A stretch of 20,000 bases of DNA from Reclinomonas americana ATCC 50394 (taxonomy: Eukaryota), in the NCBI GenBank assembly GCA_048213135.1, contig PS015388.1, positions 49,741-69,740 on the forward strand, written 5' to 3'. A program made the translations under genes and the position numbers. This document shows, one piece after another, positions 1-20,000 of this stretch; position 1 is the first letter of the stretch, and the number at the start of each line of letters is the position of its first letter. The notes under the pieces are model-generated. The model saw only the letters and a list, made by a program, of their open reading frames with translations. It was not told the DNA's origin and ran no database searches.

Positions 1-24
1 ATGCCACCTTTGCGCCTTCCACAG

Positions 25-19937
<19,913 letters not shown>

Positions 19938-20000
19938 GTTGCGTTGCATGTCTCCGAGCTGTGCTTTCCCTCCTTTCGCTCAACTCATTCTCTCGGCTTC

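Overview
Eukaryotic, very intron-dense, GC-rich sequence from a gapped draft assembly (probably a protist; the organism cannot be identified from this window). The ORF track is mostly uninformative because the coding sequence is split by about 68 GT-AG introns, most 55-85 nt long, a few inflated by CT microsatellites. Hand-splicing gives what looks like one 5'- and 3'-incomplete + strand gene spanning the whole window. In order it encodes about 6 NHL beta-propeller repeats, one transmembrane helix, a low-complexity linker, an EF-hand pair, and at least 26 complete plus 2 partial divergent ubiquitin-like (UBL) domains. The UBLs alternate between two subtypes and lack the cleavable GG end. I do not recognise this receptor-like architecture. 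A second oddity is that about one third of the 5' splice sites (22 of 68 by my count) are GTTG[A/C]GT, the normal consensus shifted by one base, and none of these follows an exon ending in G. Also present: a probable 3-nt microexon, intron presence/absence differences between repeats, a probably mis-oriented contig (15962-16606), and a recent ~1.76-kb-period duplication carrying mostly synonymous changes. All exon calls are manual, without transcript or database support.
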